From: Armatimonadota bacterium
Lineage (GTDB): Bacteria > Armatimonadota > UBA5829 > DTLH01
Length of the DNA: 64,000 nucleotides
Assembly (NCBI GenBank): GCA_039679675.1
Contig: JBDKUN010000065.1
Span: forward strand, 32,001-96,000
Direction of reading: 5' to 3'
How positions within the stretch are numbered: position 1 is the first letter of the stretch; each line of letters opens with the position of its first letter. Made by a program: the position numbers and the translations under genes. Of this stretch, positions 1 to 10,986 are shown piece after piece. The notes under the pieces are model-generated. The model did not search any database. It was not told the DNA's origin and worked only from the letters and a program-made list of their open reading frames with translations.

Positions 1-1145
1 TTATCAGCAACCCTGTACTTACTGGGTTCACTGCCGGAAAGATCATCTGGCTGCGAAACAACGAACCTGAAGCATATTCCCACGTCAAAAAGGTCCTGCT
101 GCCAAAGGATTACATACGCCTCATGCTCACAGGCGAGTATGCGACTGATGTCTCCGACGCATCCGGGACGGCCCTATTCAATGTAAGGGAACGAGCCTGG
201 TCCGACGAGATGCTTGACACTCTCGATATTCCAAGAGAGTGGATGCCCCGCGCTTATGAGTCACCGGAGATAACCGGACGAATAACCGCCGAAGCTGCTG
301 CTGTTTCTGGCCTCGAACCGGGCACGCCGGTCGTCGCAGGCGGCGGAGATAACGCCGCAAGCGCAGTTGGAAATGGGATAGTGGAACCGGGATTAGTCTT
401 CTCATCGATCGGAACATCCGGCGTCGTCTTTGCTTACGCCGATGAGCCTGCCGTCGACCCGAAACTGCGCGTCCATACATTCTGCCATGCAGTCCCGGGC
501 AAATGGCATGTGATGGGAGTAGTACTGTCTGCCGGAGGCAGCCTCAGATGGTATAAAGATGCTTTTTGCGAAGCCGAAAATGCAGTTGCCGGGCATACTA
601 ATCGTGATACTTATGATATACTAGCAGAGGAAGCAGCTGGCGTCCCTCCCGGATGTGAAGGGCTCATCTTTTTGCCGTATTTGACCGGAGAGAGGACCCC
701 TTATGCCGATCCTTATGCGCGCGGTGTCTTTTTCGGCATCACGCTCAGGCATAGCAAGCCGTATTTTGCACGAGCCGTGATGGAAGGTGTAAGCTATGCA
801 ATGAGGGACTCTTTCGAGATTATGAAAGAGATGGGGGTTCCGCTGGCCCAGGTCCGTGCTACCGGCGGCGGAGCTAAAAGCGCGCTCTGGAGGCAGATAG
901 AGGCCGATATTACCGGCAAGGAACATGTCACTGTCAATACCGGGGAAGGACCGGCGTTTGGAGCAGCGCTCCTCGCCGGAGTCGGAACAGGCGTTTATCC
1001 AAGTGTGACTCAGGCTTGCAAATCCGCCATTAGTGTGGAAAATTCTACTGAGCCAATTCAAAATAACATCCCGATATACGAGCGATACTACCGTGTTTAC
1101 CAGGATCTTTATAAATCGCTCAAGCCTGACTTCAGGCTGGTATAG
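1..1145 (+). CDS. xylB: Xylulokinase (FGGY carbohydrate kinase), 5' end outside window
   Basis: Motifs GGGDNAASAVG, SIGTSG, FLPYLTGERTPY, TGGGAKS; the frame is open from the window start. Confidence 0.9.
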   Translation, partial: ISNPVLTGFTAGKIIWLRNNEPEAYSHVKKVLLPKDYIRLMLTGEYATDVSDASGTALFNVRERAWSDEMLDTLDIPREWMPRAYESPEITGRITAEAAAVSGLEPGTPVVAGGGDNAASAVGNGIVEPGLVFSSIGTSGVVFAYADEPAVDPKLRVHTFCHAVPGKWHVMGVVLSAGGSLRWYKDAFCEAENAVAGHTNRDTYDILAEEAAGVPPGCEGLIFLPYLTGERTPYADPYARGVFFGITLRHSKPYFARAVMEGVSYAMRDSFEIMKEMGVPLAQVRATGGGAKSALWRQIEADITGKEHVTVNTGEGPAFGAALLAGVGTGVYPSVTQACKSAISVENSTEPIQNNIPIYERYYRVYQDLYKSLKPDFRLV

Positions 1146-1162
1146 GTTAGGAGATTTTGAAT

Positions 1163-1807
1163 ATGAAATTTTTCGTTGACACTGCCAATGTCGAAAATAT
1201 TCGCAAAGCCTGCTCCTGGGGTGTGGTTGACGGCGTAACAACCAACCCGACTCTCGTTGCTAAGGAAGGCCGCGACTTCAAGAAGACAATTCTCGAAATC
1301 TGCAGCATTATCAACGGCCCTGTGAGCGCAGAAGCGGTCAGTCTCGACGCTGAAGGTATGGTCCGGGAAGCACGAGAGATTGTAGAATGGCATGAAAACA
1401 TAGTCATAAAGATCCCCATGACAAAGGACGGCATGGTTGCGGTCCGCAAGCTATCAGACGAGGGAATTCGGACTAATGTAACGCTTATATTTTCTCTAAA
1501 CCAGGCGCTTATCGCCGCCAAAGCCGGAGCAACTTACATAAGCGTCTTTGTCGGTAGGCTCGATGACGTGGGACACGAAGGAATGGATGTGGTCCACGAC
1601 ACGGTTCAGATGCTGGACACGTATTCGTTCGATTCAGAAGTGATTGTGGCGAGCGTGCGCCATCCCCTTCATGTAGTCCAGGCGGCCAGAGTCGGCGCTC
1701 AGGTCTGCACGATCCCGTTTGCTGTGCTCGACCAGATGTTCAATCATCCATTAACGGATGTAGGGATAGAAAAGTTTTTGAAAGACTGGGAGTCGGTTCC
1801 CAAATAG
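1163..1807 (+). CDS. tal: Transaldolase / fructose-6-phosphate aldolase family (short type)
   Basis: [21 protein letters not shown] Schiff-base Lys, [23 protein letters not shown] before ATG 1163. Confidence 0.9.
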   Translation: MKFFVDTANVENIRKACSWGVVDGVTTNPTLVAKEGRDFKKTILEICSIINGPVSAEAVSLDAEGMVREAREIVEWHENIVIKIPMTKDGMVAVRKLSDEGIRTNVTLIFSLNQALIAAKAGATYISVFVGRLDDVGHEGMDVVHDTVQMLDTYSFDSEVIVASVRHPLHVVQAARVGAQVCTIPFAVLDQMFNHPLTDVGIEKFLKDWESVPK

Positions 1808-1872
1808 ATTCAAAACATTACTCACCGGCCTTACATGCCAGTAGCCGGTCTGAAATTCAAAGGTGAATCAGA

Positions 1873-2985
1873 GTGATTATTGGAATTCCGAAAGAAATCA
1901 AAGTAGAAGAGGACCGCGTAGCCGCGGTTCCGGCAATCGTGGAGTCGCTTGTGCGCTCCGGTCATGAAGTCATTGTAGAGACCTGCGCGGGATGCGGTAT
2001 CGGCCTCACCGATGACGATTATAAGGACGCAGGCGCAAAGATTGCGGCAACCGCGGCGGAAGTATACGCTGCCGCCGATATGATCGTAAAGGTAAAAGAG
2101 CCTCTCCCCAAGGAGTATGGGCTTATCAAGAACGGTCAGGTGCTGTTTACGTATTTCCATCTTGCAGCAGACCAGGAATTGACCAAGGCGATGATGGACA
2201 GCGGCGCCGTCTGCATAGCCTACGAGACGATAGAGGCCCCTGACGGTTCTCTGCCGCTTCTTACCCCTATGAGTGAAGTCGCGGGCAGAATGGCGGTCCA
2301 GGAGGGTGCAAAATACCTCGAACATCCGATGGGTGGCAAAGGCGTTCTGCTCGGAGGAGTTCCCGGCGTAGCACCAGCTAATGTGGTAGTTATCGGCGGC
2401 GGTATCGCAGGCACAAGCGCAGCGAAGATCGCAGCCGGTATGGGCGCTAACGTCATAGTAATCGACATAAACATAGACAGACTCAGGTATCTCGACGAAA
2501 TACTGCCGGCAAATGTTCAGACTCTTATGTCCAACAGCTACAACATCCGCTCCGCAGTGAAGAATGCCGATCTCGTGATCGGCTCGGTGTTGAGGCATGG
2601 AGCAAAAACACCTGTTCTCGTAACCCGCGATATGCTGAAGCTTATGAAGCCGAAGTCCGTGATCGTCGATATCGCAGTCGACCAGGGCGGATGTTTCGAG
2701 ACAACACATCCGACTACCCATACCGATCCGACTTTCGTCGAAGAGGGTATTATACACTACTGCGTAGCCAACATGCCCGGTGCAGTAGCACACACATCGA
2801 CATATGCGCTCACGAATGCGACTGCTCCTTATATCCTGCAGCTTGCAAACAAGGGTTGGAAGCAGGCGCTCAAGGACAATCCCGGACTGCTCAAGGGGCT
2901 TAACGCCGCTTACGGTAAACTGACCATATCCGCCGTTGCAGAGCTTTTTGGTCTTAAGGCATATTCACCCGAATCTGTGATGTAA
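1873..2985 (+). CDS. ald: Alanine dehydrogenase
   Basis: IGIPKEIK, VKVKEP, LFTYFHLAA, PMSEVAGR, DQGGCFET, VANMPGAV. Confidence 0.95.
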   Translation: MIIGIPKEIKVEEDRVAAVPAIVESLVRSGHEVIVETCAGCGIGLTDDDYKDAGAKIAATAAEVYAAADMIVKVKEPLPKEYGLIKNGQVLFTYFHLAADQELTKAMMDSGAVCIAYETIEAPDGSLPLLTPMSEVAGRMAVQEGAKYLEHPMGGKGVLLGGVPGVAPANVVVIGGGIAGTSAAKIAAGMGANVIVIDINIDRLRYLDEILPANVQTLMSNSYNIRSAVKNADLVIGSVLRHGAKTPVLVTRDMLKLMKPKSVIVDIAVDQGGCFETTHPTTHTDPTFVEEGIIHYCVANMPGAVAHTSTYALTNATAPYILQLANKGWKQALKDNPGLLKGLNAAYGKLTISAVAELFGLKAYSPESVM

Positions 2986-3020
2986 TCGCAGTGCTTATTG
3001 TATTTTGGTTATAAATACTG

Positions 3021-3047
3021 AGGGCGGGGTTTAAACCCCGCCCTTTT
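3021..3047 (+). terminator. Hairpin/terminator after ald
   Basis: agggcggggttt/aaaccccgccct palindrome followed by T run. Confidence 0.6.
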
Positions 3048-3077
3048 CGTCCAAAACAGACTCTGAAAGGGAAAAAC

Positions 3078-4412
3078 ATGATACTTCGAGCACACGTCAT
3101 TGTACCTGTGACAGAAGACCCTATAGAAGGCGGGGAAATCTTTATTAAAAATGGCCGCATCGAGGCTATTGGCGAGGATTTATCAGCTTCTTTACCTGAT
3201 GAGCCTGTCGAGGATCTGGGCCATGCAGCAATACTCCCCGGCCTTGTGAATGCGCACACACATCTGGACTATACCGTTTTGAGAGGCATGGTGGATGATG
3301 AACCGTTCATGCCATGGATCAGGCGGTTGACCGACATCGGCAAGGAGATGCAGCAGGAAGACTTTCTTGCATCTGCCCGTCTGGGGCTTCTCCAACTCGT
3401 CCGCTCCGGTGTAACAGCCATAGGAGACTCCACATTCTCCGGAGCTGTCGTCGAAGCAGCCCGTGAGGCGGGGCTGAGAGGCATTGTATATCAGGAGACT
3501 TTCGGAGCTGACCCAACCCAGGACTACAAAGACCAGGTCGATCTGCTGGCTGAAAAAGTGACAGAACTCCGGGGTAATTCAGGAGACCGGATCACTATCG
3601 GAGTGTCACCGCATTCTGTTTACACTTCCAGTGAGCGGCTTCTCAGGCTGGTAGCCGACCTCGCACTCGACCAGGGGCTTCCTGTCGCTCTCCACGTCTC
3701 GGAAACACGCGATGAGGTTGTTCTGATCGAAAGCGCAGAAGGCCATATAGCTGATTTTTACAAGCTTTTCAGATTCGACTTTGAAGCTCGTGGTATGTCT
3801 CCTGTAGCTTATCTTCATGATATTGGGCTGCTCAACAGCAATACACTAGCAGCACACTGCGTCCACATCAATGATAATGACCTGGATATGCTCGCCGCGA
3901 GCGGCACTCGTGTCGCCCACTGTCCCAAGTCCAATGCAAAGCTCGCAGTAGGCACAGCACCGCTGGAATCGATAATCGAAAGGGGTATTCTGACGGGAAT
4001 CGGCACCGACAGCGCTGCAAGTAATAATGCGCTCGATATGTTCGAAGAAATGCGCTTTGCAGTACTTGCGCAGAGAGCCATCAATGAAGATGTGAACGCA
4101 TTGAATGCCAAACAGATACTCGAACTGGCTACGCTCGGCGGAGCAGCCGCGCTTGGTATGGATAGCGAGATTGGAAGTCTGGAACCTGGAAAACAAGCCG
4201 ACATAATAGCTGTCGATCTATCTTCCCCGGCGGTATTTCCGACTATAGACCCCTACTCCGCGCTGGTCTATTGCTGCTCGGCGTGCGATGTGATGATGAA
4301 TATGATAGGTGGAGAGATAATCTACCGGTCGGGACAATATTTTAAGGTCGATGCGGATGAAATCAACCGGCAGGCGTCGCTTACGGCAGCGAAGATCGCG
4401 CCAGTTGGGTAA
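3078..4412 (+). CDS. Amidohydrolase, MTA/SAH deaminase-like
   Basis: PGLVNAHTH, PHSVY, LHVSET, AHCVH, HCPKSNAKL, GTDS, GSLEPGKQAD. Confidence 0.8.
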   Translation: MILRAHVIVPVTEDPIEGGEIFIKNGRIEAIGEDLSASLPDEPVEDLGHAAILPGLVNAHTHLDYTVLRGMVDDEPFMPWIRRLTDIGKEMQQEDFLASARLGLLQLVRSGVTAIGDSTFSGAVVEAAREAGLRGIVYQETFGADPTQDYKDQVDLLAEKVTELRGNSGDRITIGVSPHSVYTSSERLLRLVADLALDQGLPVALHVSETRDEVVLIESAEGHIADFYKLFRFDFEARGMSPVAYLHDIGLLNSNTLAAHCVHINDNDLDMLAASGTRVAHCPKSNAKLAVGTAPLESIIERGILTGIGTDSAASNNALDMFEEMRFAVLAQRAINEDVNALNAKQILELATLGGAAALGMDSEIGSLEPGKQADIIAVDLSSPAVFPTIDPYSALVYCCSACDVMMNMIGGEIIYRSGQYFKVDADEINRQASLTAAKIAPVG

Positions 4413-4456
4413 GATTGTGTTGGCGGCGATCATAAACCTGTAAAAGAGGATAAGAT

Positions 4457-5185
4457 ATGGCTTTCTCAAAAGAGCAAATGGCAAAAATGATGGATTACAC
4501 ACTGCTCAAGCCGACGGCAACCAGAGATGATGTGCTCAACTTCTGCGAACAGGCGAAAGAGCATCATTTCGCAACTGTTGTCGTGTTTCCGTTCTGGCTT
4601 CCGGTCGTGGCGCGTGAACTCTCTGGGACTGACGTAAAACCTGCGACTGTGATAGGCTTCCCTTACGGTGCAAACGGCCGCGCGGTCAAGCTCTACGAGA
4701 TGCGCGCAGCGGTAACGAACGGCGCATCCGAAATAGATGTCGTAATGAATATATCCGCCCTCAAGTCCGGCGAGATCAGCATAGTAGAAAGGGAAATAAC
4801 GGAACTGGTGGATACGACCAGGGCGCTCGGAATGACGGAAGATGCAAAGCGCGTTCTCATCAAGATAATCATCGAGGCTTATTACCTTACCGATGATGAA
4901 AAACGGATCGCCTGCCAGATCATCCAGAACGCCGGCGCGGACTTCGTCAAGACATCGACGGGAACCGCTCCCGGCGGCGCTACCATAGAGGACATACGGC
5001 TGATACGGGATGTCGTAGGCCCAAGTATGGGTGTGAAAGCTGCCGGAGGCATAAGGACTCCCGCGCAGGCGGTAGCAATGCTCGATGCAGGCGCAAACAG
5101 GATCGGTACGAGCGCAGCAGTCGATATAGTTGAAGCTTATCGTCCCGAAGACTTTATGCAGTCGGCCGAAAGACGCCGGAGGTAG
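4457..5185 (+). CDS. deoC: Deoxyribose-phosphate aldolase
   Basis: DYTLLKP, VIGFPYG, EIDVVMN, ADFVKTSTG, VKAAGGIR, RIGTS. Confidence 0.95.
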   Translation: MAFSKEQMAKMMDYTLLKPTATRDDVLNFCEQAKEHHFATVVVFPFWLPVVARELSGTDVKPATVIGFPYGANGRAVKLYEMRAAVTNGASEIDVVMNISALKSGEISIVEREITELVDTTRALGMTEDAKRVLIKIIIEAYYLTDDEKRIACQIIQNAGADFVKTSTGTAPGGATIEDIRLIRDVVGPSMGVKAAGGIRTPAQAVAMLDAGANRIGTSAAVDIVEAYRPEDFMQSAERRRR

Positions 5186-5194
5186 GCATATTTA

Positions 5195-5971
5195 ATGGAA
5201 TCGCCAAGGACCTACCGCGCGACGGCAATCGTGCTTCGCCGCATAAATATCGGGGAAACGGACAGAGTCATTACTCTTTACACGCGAGAGAAAGGAAAGC
5301 TCTCTGCGGTTGCCAAAGGCGCAAGAAAGCACTTGAGCAAGCTGGCCGGTCCGACCGAAATGTTCACCTATGGCCGGTATTTTCTCGCTGCAGGACGCGA
5401 TCTCGATATAATCACCCAGGCTGAGGCAAAAGAGTCCTTCCCCGCCATCCGCCGGGACCTAGACCGAATAGCCCATGCAACCTACATGGCTGAGATGATA
5501 AATGCCTTTGTCGAAGAACGGGATGCCAACTACGGGCTTTTCGACACACTGCTTTCGTCTCTCTATCTTCTCGAAAGTGAAATCGATCCAACGATAGTTG
5601 CTCGGCATTTCGAGCTGAAGATGATGTCTATGATGGGCTACAGGCCTGAGCTGGACAGGTGCTTAAGGTGTGATGCGGAACCCTCCGGCGATGGGATCGA
5701 CTTCAGTCCATCCCTCGGTGGGAGAGTCTGTGCAGAATGCGGACCGATACCGGACGACGCCATACATATGAGCGAGGAAGCAGCCCAGGCTATGCGCACA
5801 CTGCTCACAGCTGAACCACGGATGCTGAGAAACCTTGATTTTTCTGATGAAGTGAGGAAAGAGCTTTTCAGAGCGATCCGGAGGTATGTCCGCTACAGAA
5901 CCGACCGCGAACTGAAGAGTTCGGAATTCATCCAGGCGTTAGCGCTTATGGGAACCGAGAGCGATCAGTAG
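5195..5971 (+). CDS. recO: DNA repair protein RecO
   Basis: AIVLR..GETDR, AKGARK, FELK, GYRPEL, CxxC...CxxC zinc site. Confidence 0.93.
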   Translation: MESPRTYRATAIVLRRINIGETDRVITLYTREKGKLSAVAKGARKHLSKLAGPTEMFTYGRYFLAAGRDLDIITQAEAKESFPAIRRDLDRIAHATYMAEMINAFVEERDANYGLFDTLLSSLYLLESEIDPTIVARHFELKMMSMMGYRPELDRCLRCDAEPSGDGIDFSPSLGGRVCAECGPIPDDAIHMSEEAAQAMRTLLTAEPRMLRNLDFSDEVRKELFRAIRRYVRYRTDRELKSSEFIQALALMGTESDQ

Positions 5972-6008
5972 CAGGTTCTATTGTTTCAGAACGCTGAGTG
6001 TAATCATT

Positions 6009-6048
6009 AAAAAGGGCGAAGGAGTTGATTTCCTTCGCCCTTTATTTT
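6009..6048. terminator. Bidirectional intrinsic terminator between convergent recO and hppA
   Basis: aaaaagggcgaagga...tccttcgcccttt hairpin flanked by A and T runs. Confidence 0.8.
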
Positions 6049-6070
6049 AGCTTAACTCTTTTGATATGGA

Positions 6071-8530
6071 TTAAGCGTTAACTTTCTCTTTCTCGCCCTT
6101 GCAGCAGCAGCAATCCGATGACTTTGGCCCATCGGTTGTGCCAGCGTCAATTCCACCGCGTTTGCTCCACATGGTCGCACCGATAAGCGCAAGAGCAGCA
6201 GCCACAACAATTACTGTTCTTGTGGCTATTCCCAGCGATGGCTGTATGACTATCGGGGCAAGAAGAATCGCAACAAGGTTCATAACCTTGATGAGCGGGT
6301 TCAACGCAGGACCGGCTGTATCCTTGAAAGGATCACCAACTGTGTCGCCCACGACTGTGGCTTTATGCTCTTCGGTACCTTTACCTCCGAACATACCGTC
6401 TTCGATCTTCTTCTTTGCGTTGTCCCAAAGTCCACCAGCGTTTGAAAGCAAAACTGCCATCAACTGGCCGGAAAGGATCGAACCGGCAAGGAATCCGCCG
6501 AGTGCGGCTGCGCCCTTGATCGGATCGCCATAGCCAAGACCGAAACCTACAAAAATCGGCGCTGTAACAGCCAATACTGCAGGGCTCAGAAGCTCCTTCT
6601 GAGCAGCAGCGGTCGAGATAGCAACGCAGCGCTGATAATCAGGCATGCCTTTTTCGGAACCGCTTCGAGGATCATAGTCCATAATGCCCTTGATCTCTCT
6701 GAACTGGCGGCGGACTTCTTCAACAAGCTGGAAGGCCGCACGGTTTACCGCGTTTATAGCGAATGAACAGAAGAGGAACGGCACCGCGCCTCCGATCAGG
6801 AGACCGATGAATACCTCTGTCCAGTCCACACGAATACCGATATTGAGAATCTGGGCATCTGCCATAAACGATCTGAAGAGCGATGTGGCCGCGATAACGG
6901 CTGTAGCAATCGCGAGACCCTTTGTAAGAGCCTTTGTGGTGTTACCTACCGCGTCGAGCTTGGCAACGATCTTGTTAGCGTTGCTGTCCTCTCCCTCGTC
7001 CTTCAGAGCACCGGACATCTCGAAGATTCCGTTTGCGTTGTCAGAAATCGGTCCGTAGGTGTCCATTGCAAGCATAAAGCCTGTGGTAGCCAGAAGTCCG
7101 AGACCGGAGAGAGCGATTCCGTATGCTGCCATGGCAGGATTGTTAGGGAAGAGAAGCATTGCGGCAAGGATACTTGCACATATTGCGATGATTCCCCAAA
7201 CGCTCGACTCAAGGCCTGAAGCAAATCCACTCAAAATAACGGTAGCTGGACCGGTCTTTGCAGACTTTGCCGCTTCCGTAACAGGTTTCTTATCGATAGC
7301 AGTGAAATGCTCGGTAATCTTGCCGATCACAAGTGCAAGGATAATACCGACGAGGTTTGCAGCCGCAAATCTCCACCACTCAAATCCCGGAATCGGAACT
7401 TTTGTAAAGATATAGTTGGAAACAACAAAAAATCCAACCGTTGCGAGAAGAGCAGAGATCTGGAAGCCCTTGTTAATCGGCTTCATCGGGTCCATGCTCA
7501 TGTCATCTTTGCCTCTTACTGAATAGATACCGATAATGGACGCAACAACGCCTACGGCCCTGATAATAAGAGGATAAACGACCAGTGCAAGTCCTGCGGC
7601 ACCAAGGTGAAGCATGTTAGCAGCGGCAGCACCAAGGATGATCGCAGCAACCAGCGTTACTTCGTAGCTCTCGAACACGTCTGCAGCCATACCGGCGCAG
7701 TCACCAACGTTGTCTCCGACATTATCAGCAATCGTAGCTGCATTTCGGGGATCGTCCTCAGGTATGCCCTGCTCGACTTTTCCGACGAGGTCAGCGCCTA
7801 CGTCAGCAGCCTTCGTATAGATACCACCACCGATCCTCATAAAGAGTGCGGCGAGACATCCGCCGAAACCGAAACCGATAAGGACCTTCATCGACTGATT
7901 GCCGAAGAGGAAGAACACAAAACATGCGCCGAGGAGCCCAAGACCCACTGTCGCCATACCGGAAACGCCGCCTGCGCGGAACGCGATATAAAGCGCCTTC
8001 TTGAAGCTGCTCAGAGCTGCATTTGCAACACGGACGTTGGCTCTTACAGCCATCATCATGCCGACATAACCGGCAATGTAGGAAGCAGCTACGCCAAGTA
8101 CAAATGCGAACGCAACGCCCATATAAATCGGCATCGCGCACCCTGGATAGCTGCCGAACCCTGGCACATTCCTGTAAAGGAAGAACAGGCCGATAGCTAT
8201 AACGATGACAAACCATACCATCGTCTTTACCTGACGCTTCAGGTATGCCTTAGCTCCTTCCTGAACGGCATGGGAAACAGAGACCATTCCCTTTGAGCCG
8301 GGGTCTTCCTTCATAATGCGTAAACACCATATGATTCCAAAGGCCAATCCGATGAGAGCGCATACAAGCACTATCTTAATTGATGGCCACATCATATCGA
8401 GCTCATTAAAATTAGGAAGCTCGATAGCTTCGCTGGCCCAAGACACGCCCGGCAGCGCCAAGAGTGCCAGTGCGCTCATCCCGATAATCATCGAGAGGCG
8501 TTTAACCAGCCCTTTTCGTGCAGTTCGCAA
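6071..8530 (-). CDS. hppA: Membrane-bound proton-translocating pyrophosphatase, probably K+-independent
   Basis: GGGIYTKAADVGADLVGKVE, DNVGDNVGD, DTVGDPFKD; GNTTKA has Lys at the K+-dependence position; TTG start at 8530 after GGAGGAGG. Confidence 0.93.
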   Translation of the reverse strand: MRTARKGLVKRLSMIIGMSALALLALPGVSWASEAIELPNFNELDMMWPSIKIVLVCALIGLAFGIIWCLRIMKEDPGSKGMVSVSHAVQEGAKAYLKRQVKTMVWFVIVIAIGLFFLYRNVPGFGSYPGCAMPIYMGVAFAFVLGVAASYIAGYVGMMMAVRANVRVANAALSSFKKALYIAFRAGGVSGMATVGLGLLGACFVFFLFGNQSMKVLIGFGFGGCLAALFMRIGGGIYTKAADVGADLVGKVEQGIPEDDPRNAATIADNVGDNVGDCAGMAADVFESYEVTLVAAIILGAAAANMLHLGAAGLALVVYPLIIRAVGVVASIIGIYSVRGKDDMSMDPMKPINKGFQISALLATVGFFVVSNYIFTKVPIPGFEWWRFAAANLVGIILALVIGKITEHFTAIDKKPVTEAAKSAKTGPATVILSGFASGLESSVWGIIAICASILAAMLLFPNNPAMAAYGIALSGLGLLATTGFMLAMDTYGPISDNANGIFEMSGALKDEGEDSNANKIVAKLDAVGNTTKALTKGLAIATAVIAATSLFRSFMADAQILNIGIRVDWTEVFIGLLIGGAVPFLFCSFAINAVNRAAFQLVEEVRRQFREIKGIMDYDPRSGSEKGMPDYQRCVAISTAAAQKELLSPAVLAVTAPIFVGFGLGYGDPIKGAAALGGFLAGSILSGQLMAVLLSNAGGLWDNAKKKIEDGMFGGKGTEEHKATVVGDTVGDPFKDTAGPALNPLIKVMNLVAILLAPIVIQPSLGIATRTVIVVAAALALIGATMWSKRGGIDAGTTDGPKSSDCCCCKGEKEKVNA

Positions 8531-8753
8531 CGTTAACCTCCTCCAAATACTCGTGGCCATCAATGGCCACACGAATAAAATGCCGCGCGTTATCTACAGC
8601 AACGCTGCGGCAACTTAGCGAATCATTCGCCTATAAACCAACGAAATTATATGCCTCTGCAACTGTTTATGTCAATCTCAACCACTCATCACTTCTTACA
8701 AAGAAGGTTCTTTGGCGAACAAGATCGAAGTTTTTACTATGAAAGGGATCAAT

Positions 8754-9692
8754 ATGGACAAAGTATCATATAACGGCTGGCCTAACTGCGTCAGAATATC
8801 CAACGGCAGTGTTGAGCTTATAATCACCACCGATGTCGGGCCGAGAATTATCCGGTACGGGTTTATTGGTCAAGAAAACGAGCTTTATGAGTTTTCTGAC
8901 CAAGCCGGAAAGACAGGCGGAGATGAGTTCAGGCTGTACGGCGGGCACCGGCTTTGGCTTGCCCCCGAAAAGAAAGACCTTACCTACTTCCCGGATAACT
9001 CCACAGTAGATTACGAAACAGATAACGACACGCTGAGGTTGATTCCGCGTATCGAGGACACTACAGGCGTTCAAAAAGAACTGCTTATTACCCTTAATCA
9101 GGATGACGGCAGCGTCAAAATGGTGCATAAAGTTACCAACCGCTCCAGCCGCAGCATTGAGCTGGCTCCATGGTCTATCTCAATGATGGCGCCGGGCGGT
9201 TTCGGGATTATTCCGCAGGAGCCTTATTCACCGCATCCCGACATACCGGATTACCCCGGCCAGGTCATAGACACTAAATACTATCTGCCTGTCAGAACGA
9301 TGGTGTTGTGGTCATATACCAATCTGAGCGACCACCGGCTGCAGTTCATGCCTAAGTACATCACACTTAAGCAGGACAAAAACACCACACGACCGATCAA
9401 GCTAGGGCTGAGCAACTCACTGAAATGGGCCGCATATGCCAGGAACAGACATTTGTTCATCAAGACGTTCCCATATGACTCGGAAGCAGCCTACCCGGAC
9501 AACGGATGCAATTTCGAGATATTCACAGACAACAAATTTATGGAAATCGAGAGTCTTGGCGCGCTTGGAACATTACCTGCCGGTAAAAGCGTCATTCATG
9601 AGGAAGACTGGTTACTTTTTGATAATGTTGATGTTGACCAGACAGAAGAAAGCATCGACGCGAGCGTGCTCCCTAAGGTTTTTGCTGATTAA
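8754..9692 (+). CDS. Conserved protein, galactose-mutarotase-like/DUF4380-like
   Basis: DVGPRII, YGGHRLWLAPE, YPDNGCNFE, EIESLG motifs. Confidence 0.6.
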   Translation: MDKVSYNGWPNCVRISNGSVELIITTDVGPRIIRYGFIGQENELYEFSDQAGKTGGDEFRLYGGHRLWLAPEKKDLTYFPDNSTVDYETDNDTLRLIPRIEDTTGVQKELLITLNQDDGSVKMVHKVTNRSSRSIELAPWSISMMAPGGFGIIPQEPYSPHPDIPDYPGQVIDTKYYLPVRTMVLWSYTNLSDHRLQFMPKYITLKQDKNTTRPIKLGLSNSLKWAAYARNRHLFIKTFPYDSEAAYPDNGCNFEIFTDNKFMEIESLGALGTLPAGKSVIHEEDWLLFDNVDVDQTEESIDASVLPKVFAD

Positions 9693-9793
9693 TGAGAGCG
9701 AATGCTACAATAACTTAGTATTTAGGCGTCTATTATCCATGGGCAAGATTCTGCCCTAACTTTGTCGTTGTTGAAAGGAGACGTGTACTGAGC

Positions 9794-10795
9794 ATGTCAC
9801 GTAGAAATATTTACTCATATATACTGGCCTTCTTTTTTGTCGCGCTTTTCTTTGCGATATCTTCAACCTGCGCCCGATCTGCAGGGCTGATAGAGGACAA
9901 ACAACCAACATGGTCGCCGGACGGCAAGAGGATTGCATTCGTCTCCAACAGGCTTCTGCCCGAAAATGCACCCGAAGGGTCTTCCAACATATGGGTGGCC
10001 GATGCCGACGGCAGCAATTTGCAGCAGATCACGTATCAGGGAGCAAATCAGTTTCCGTCATGGTCACCGGACGGCAAAAAGATCATCTTCCAGAGCGGAA
10101 AGTCTATATGGCTGGTCGAGATCAGCACAAAACAGTTCACGCAGCTTACGAGTGGAGACAGAGGCTGGTATACCCCTGATTGGCATCCTAAAGACATAGG
10201 AAAAGTTATCTGTTCCTACCAGACACAGATCAGCAGCGACAACGACCTCGCGGTTATAAACCCATTGACTATCCTTACACGCGAATCGGGCGCGCAGACT
10301 GTTCGTGACAGATACGGTGACGACAATATGCCCCGCTGGTCAAAAGACGGCACGAAGATTGCGTTCATCGGCAAAACATCGGACCTATCTACCGGGACAG
10401 ATAATTTCTACCTTATGACGATCAGCGCGGATGGGACAACACTAAAAACACACTGCAAACTCGACAAACCAAGCGGGCGCCCGTCCTGGTTCTATTCGGG
10501 TGACTCTGTTGTCCTCGATAACGGCGTAGTCTGTGACCTCGCCACCGGCAAGACGCACGATCTATTCGAAGATAAGATCAGTGACCCTGATCTATCCCCG
10601 GATGGCCGTATGGTAGCCTACAGCCAGACTGTAGATGACGGTGGAAATTTTATATTCACCCGCAAATTGAGCGGTGAGGACAAAAAGCAGATAACAACAG
10701 TGCCGCCAGAGCCCGTCAAACCGGCTGAGCCAGCCAAACCTGCCGAGCCGTCTGTGAAGGACCAGCCTGAACCGGCTGTAAAAGATGCGAAGTAG
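9794..10795 (+). CDS. Exported TolB-like beta-propeller (PD40 repeats) with Pro-rich tail
   Basis: Signal peptide; repeated PxWSPDG; C-terminal KPAEPAKPAEP. Confidence 0.8.
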   Translation: MSRRNIYSYILAFFFVALFFAISSTCARSAGLIEDKQPTWSPDGKRIAFVSNRLLPENAPEGSSNIWVADADGSNLQQITYQGANQFPSWSPDGKKIIFQSGKSIWLVEISTKQFTQLTSGDRGWYTPDWHPKDIGKVICSYQTQISSDNDLAVINPLTILTRESGAQTVRDRYGDDNMPRWSKDGTKIAFIGKTSDLSTGTDNFYLMTISADGTTLKTHCKLDKPSGRPSWFYSGDSVVLDNGVVCDLATGKTHDLFEDKISDPDLSPDGRMVAYSQTVDDGGNFIFTRKLSGEDKKQITTVPPEPVKPAEPAKPAEPSVKDQPEPAVKDAK

Positions 10796-10884
10796 CTTTT
10801 AGTTTCAGAGTGTTGAATCGCGAGATGCGCGAAGAAGCACGAAAGACGCGAAAATGGGATTAGTGGAGACTCGTAGCTTCCTGA

Positions 10885-10930
10885 TGCTTCGGGACCGCAG
10901 TTCGTCCCGAAGCACGAATCTCCACCAATC
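10885..10930 (+). repeat. REP-like palindrome family A, copy 1
   Basis: tgcttcgggac-cgcagttc-gtcccgaagca plus tail cgaatctccaccaatc; recurs at 11234, 51221 and (inverted) 63615. Confidence 0.9.
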
Positions 10931-10986
10931 TAAAAAAGTTGGCTTCTACCGCACCAAAGATTCCATCACAATCATTCACAAGACGC

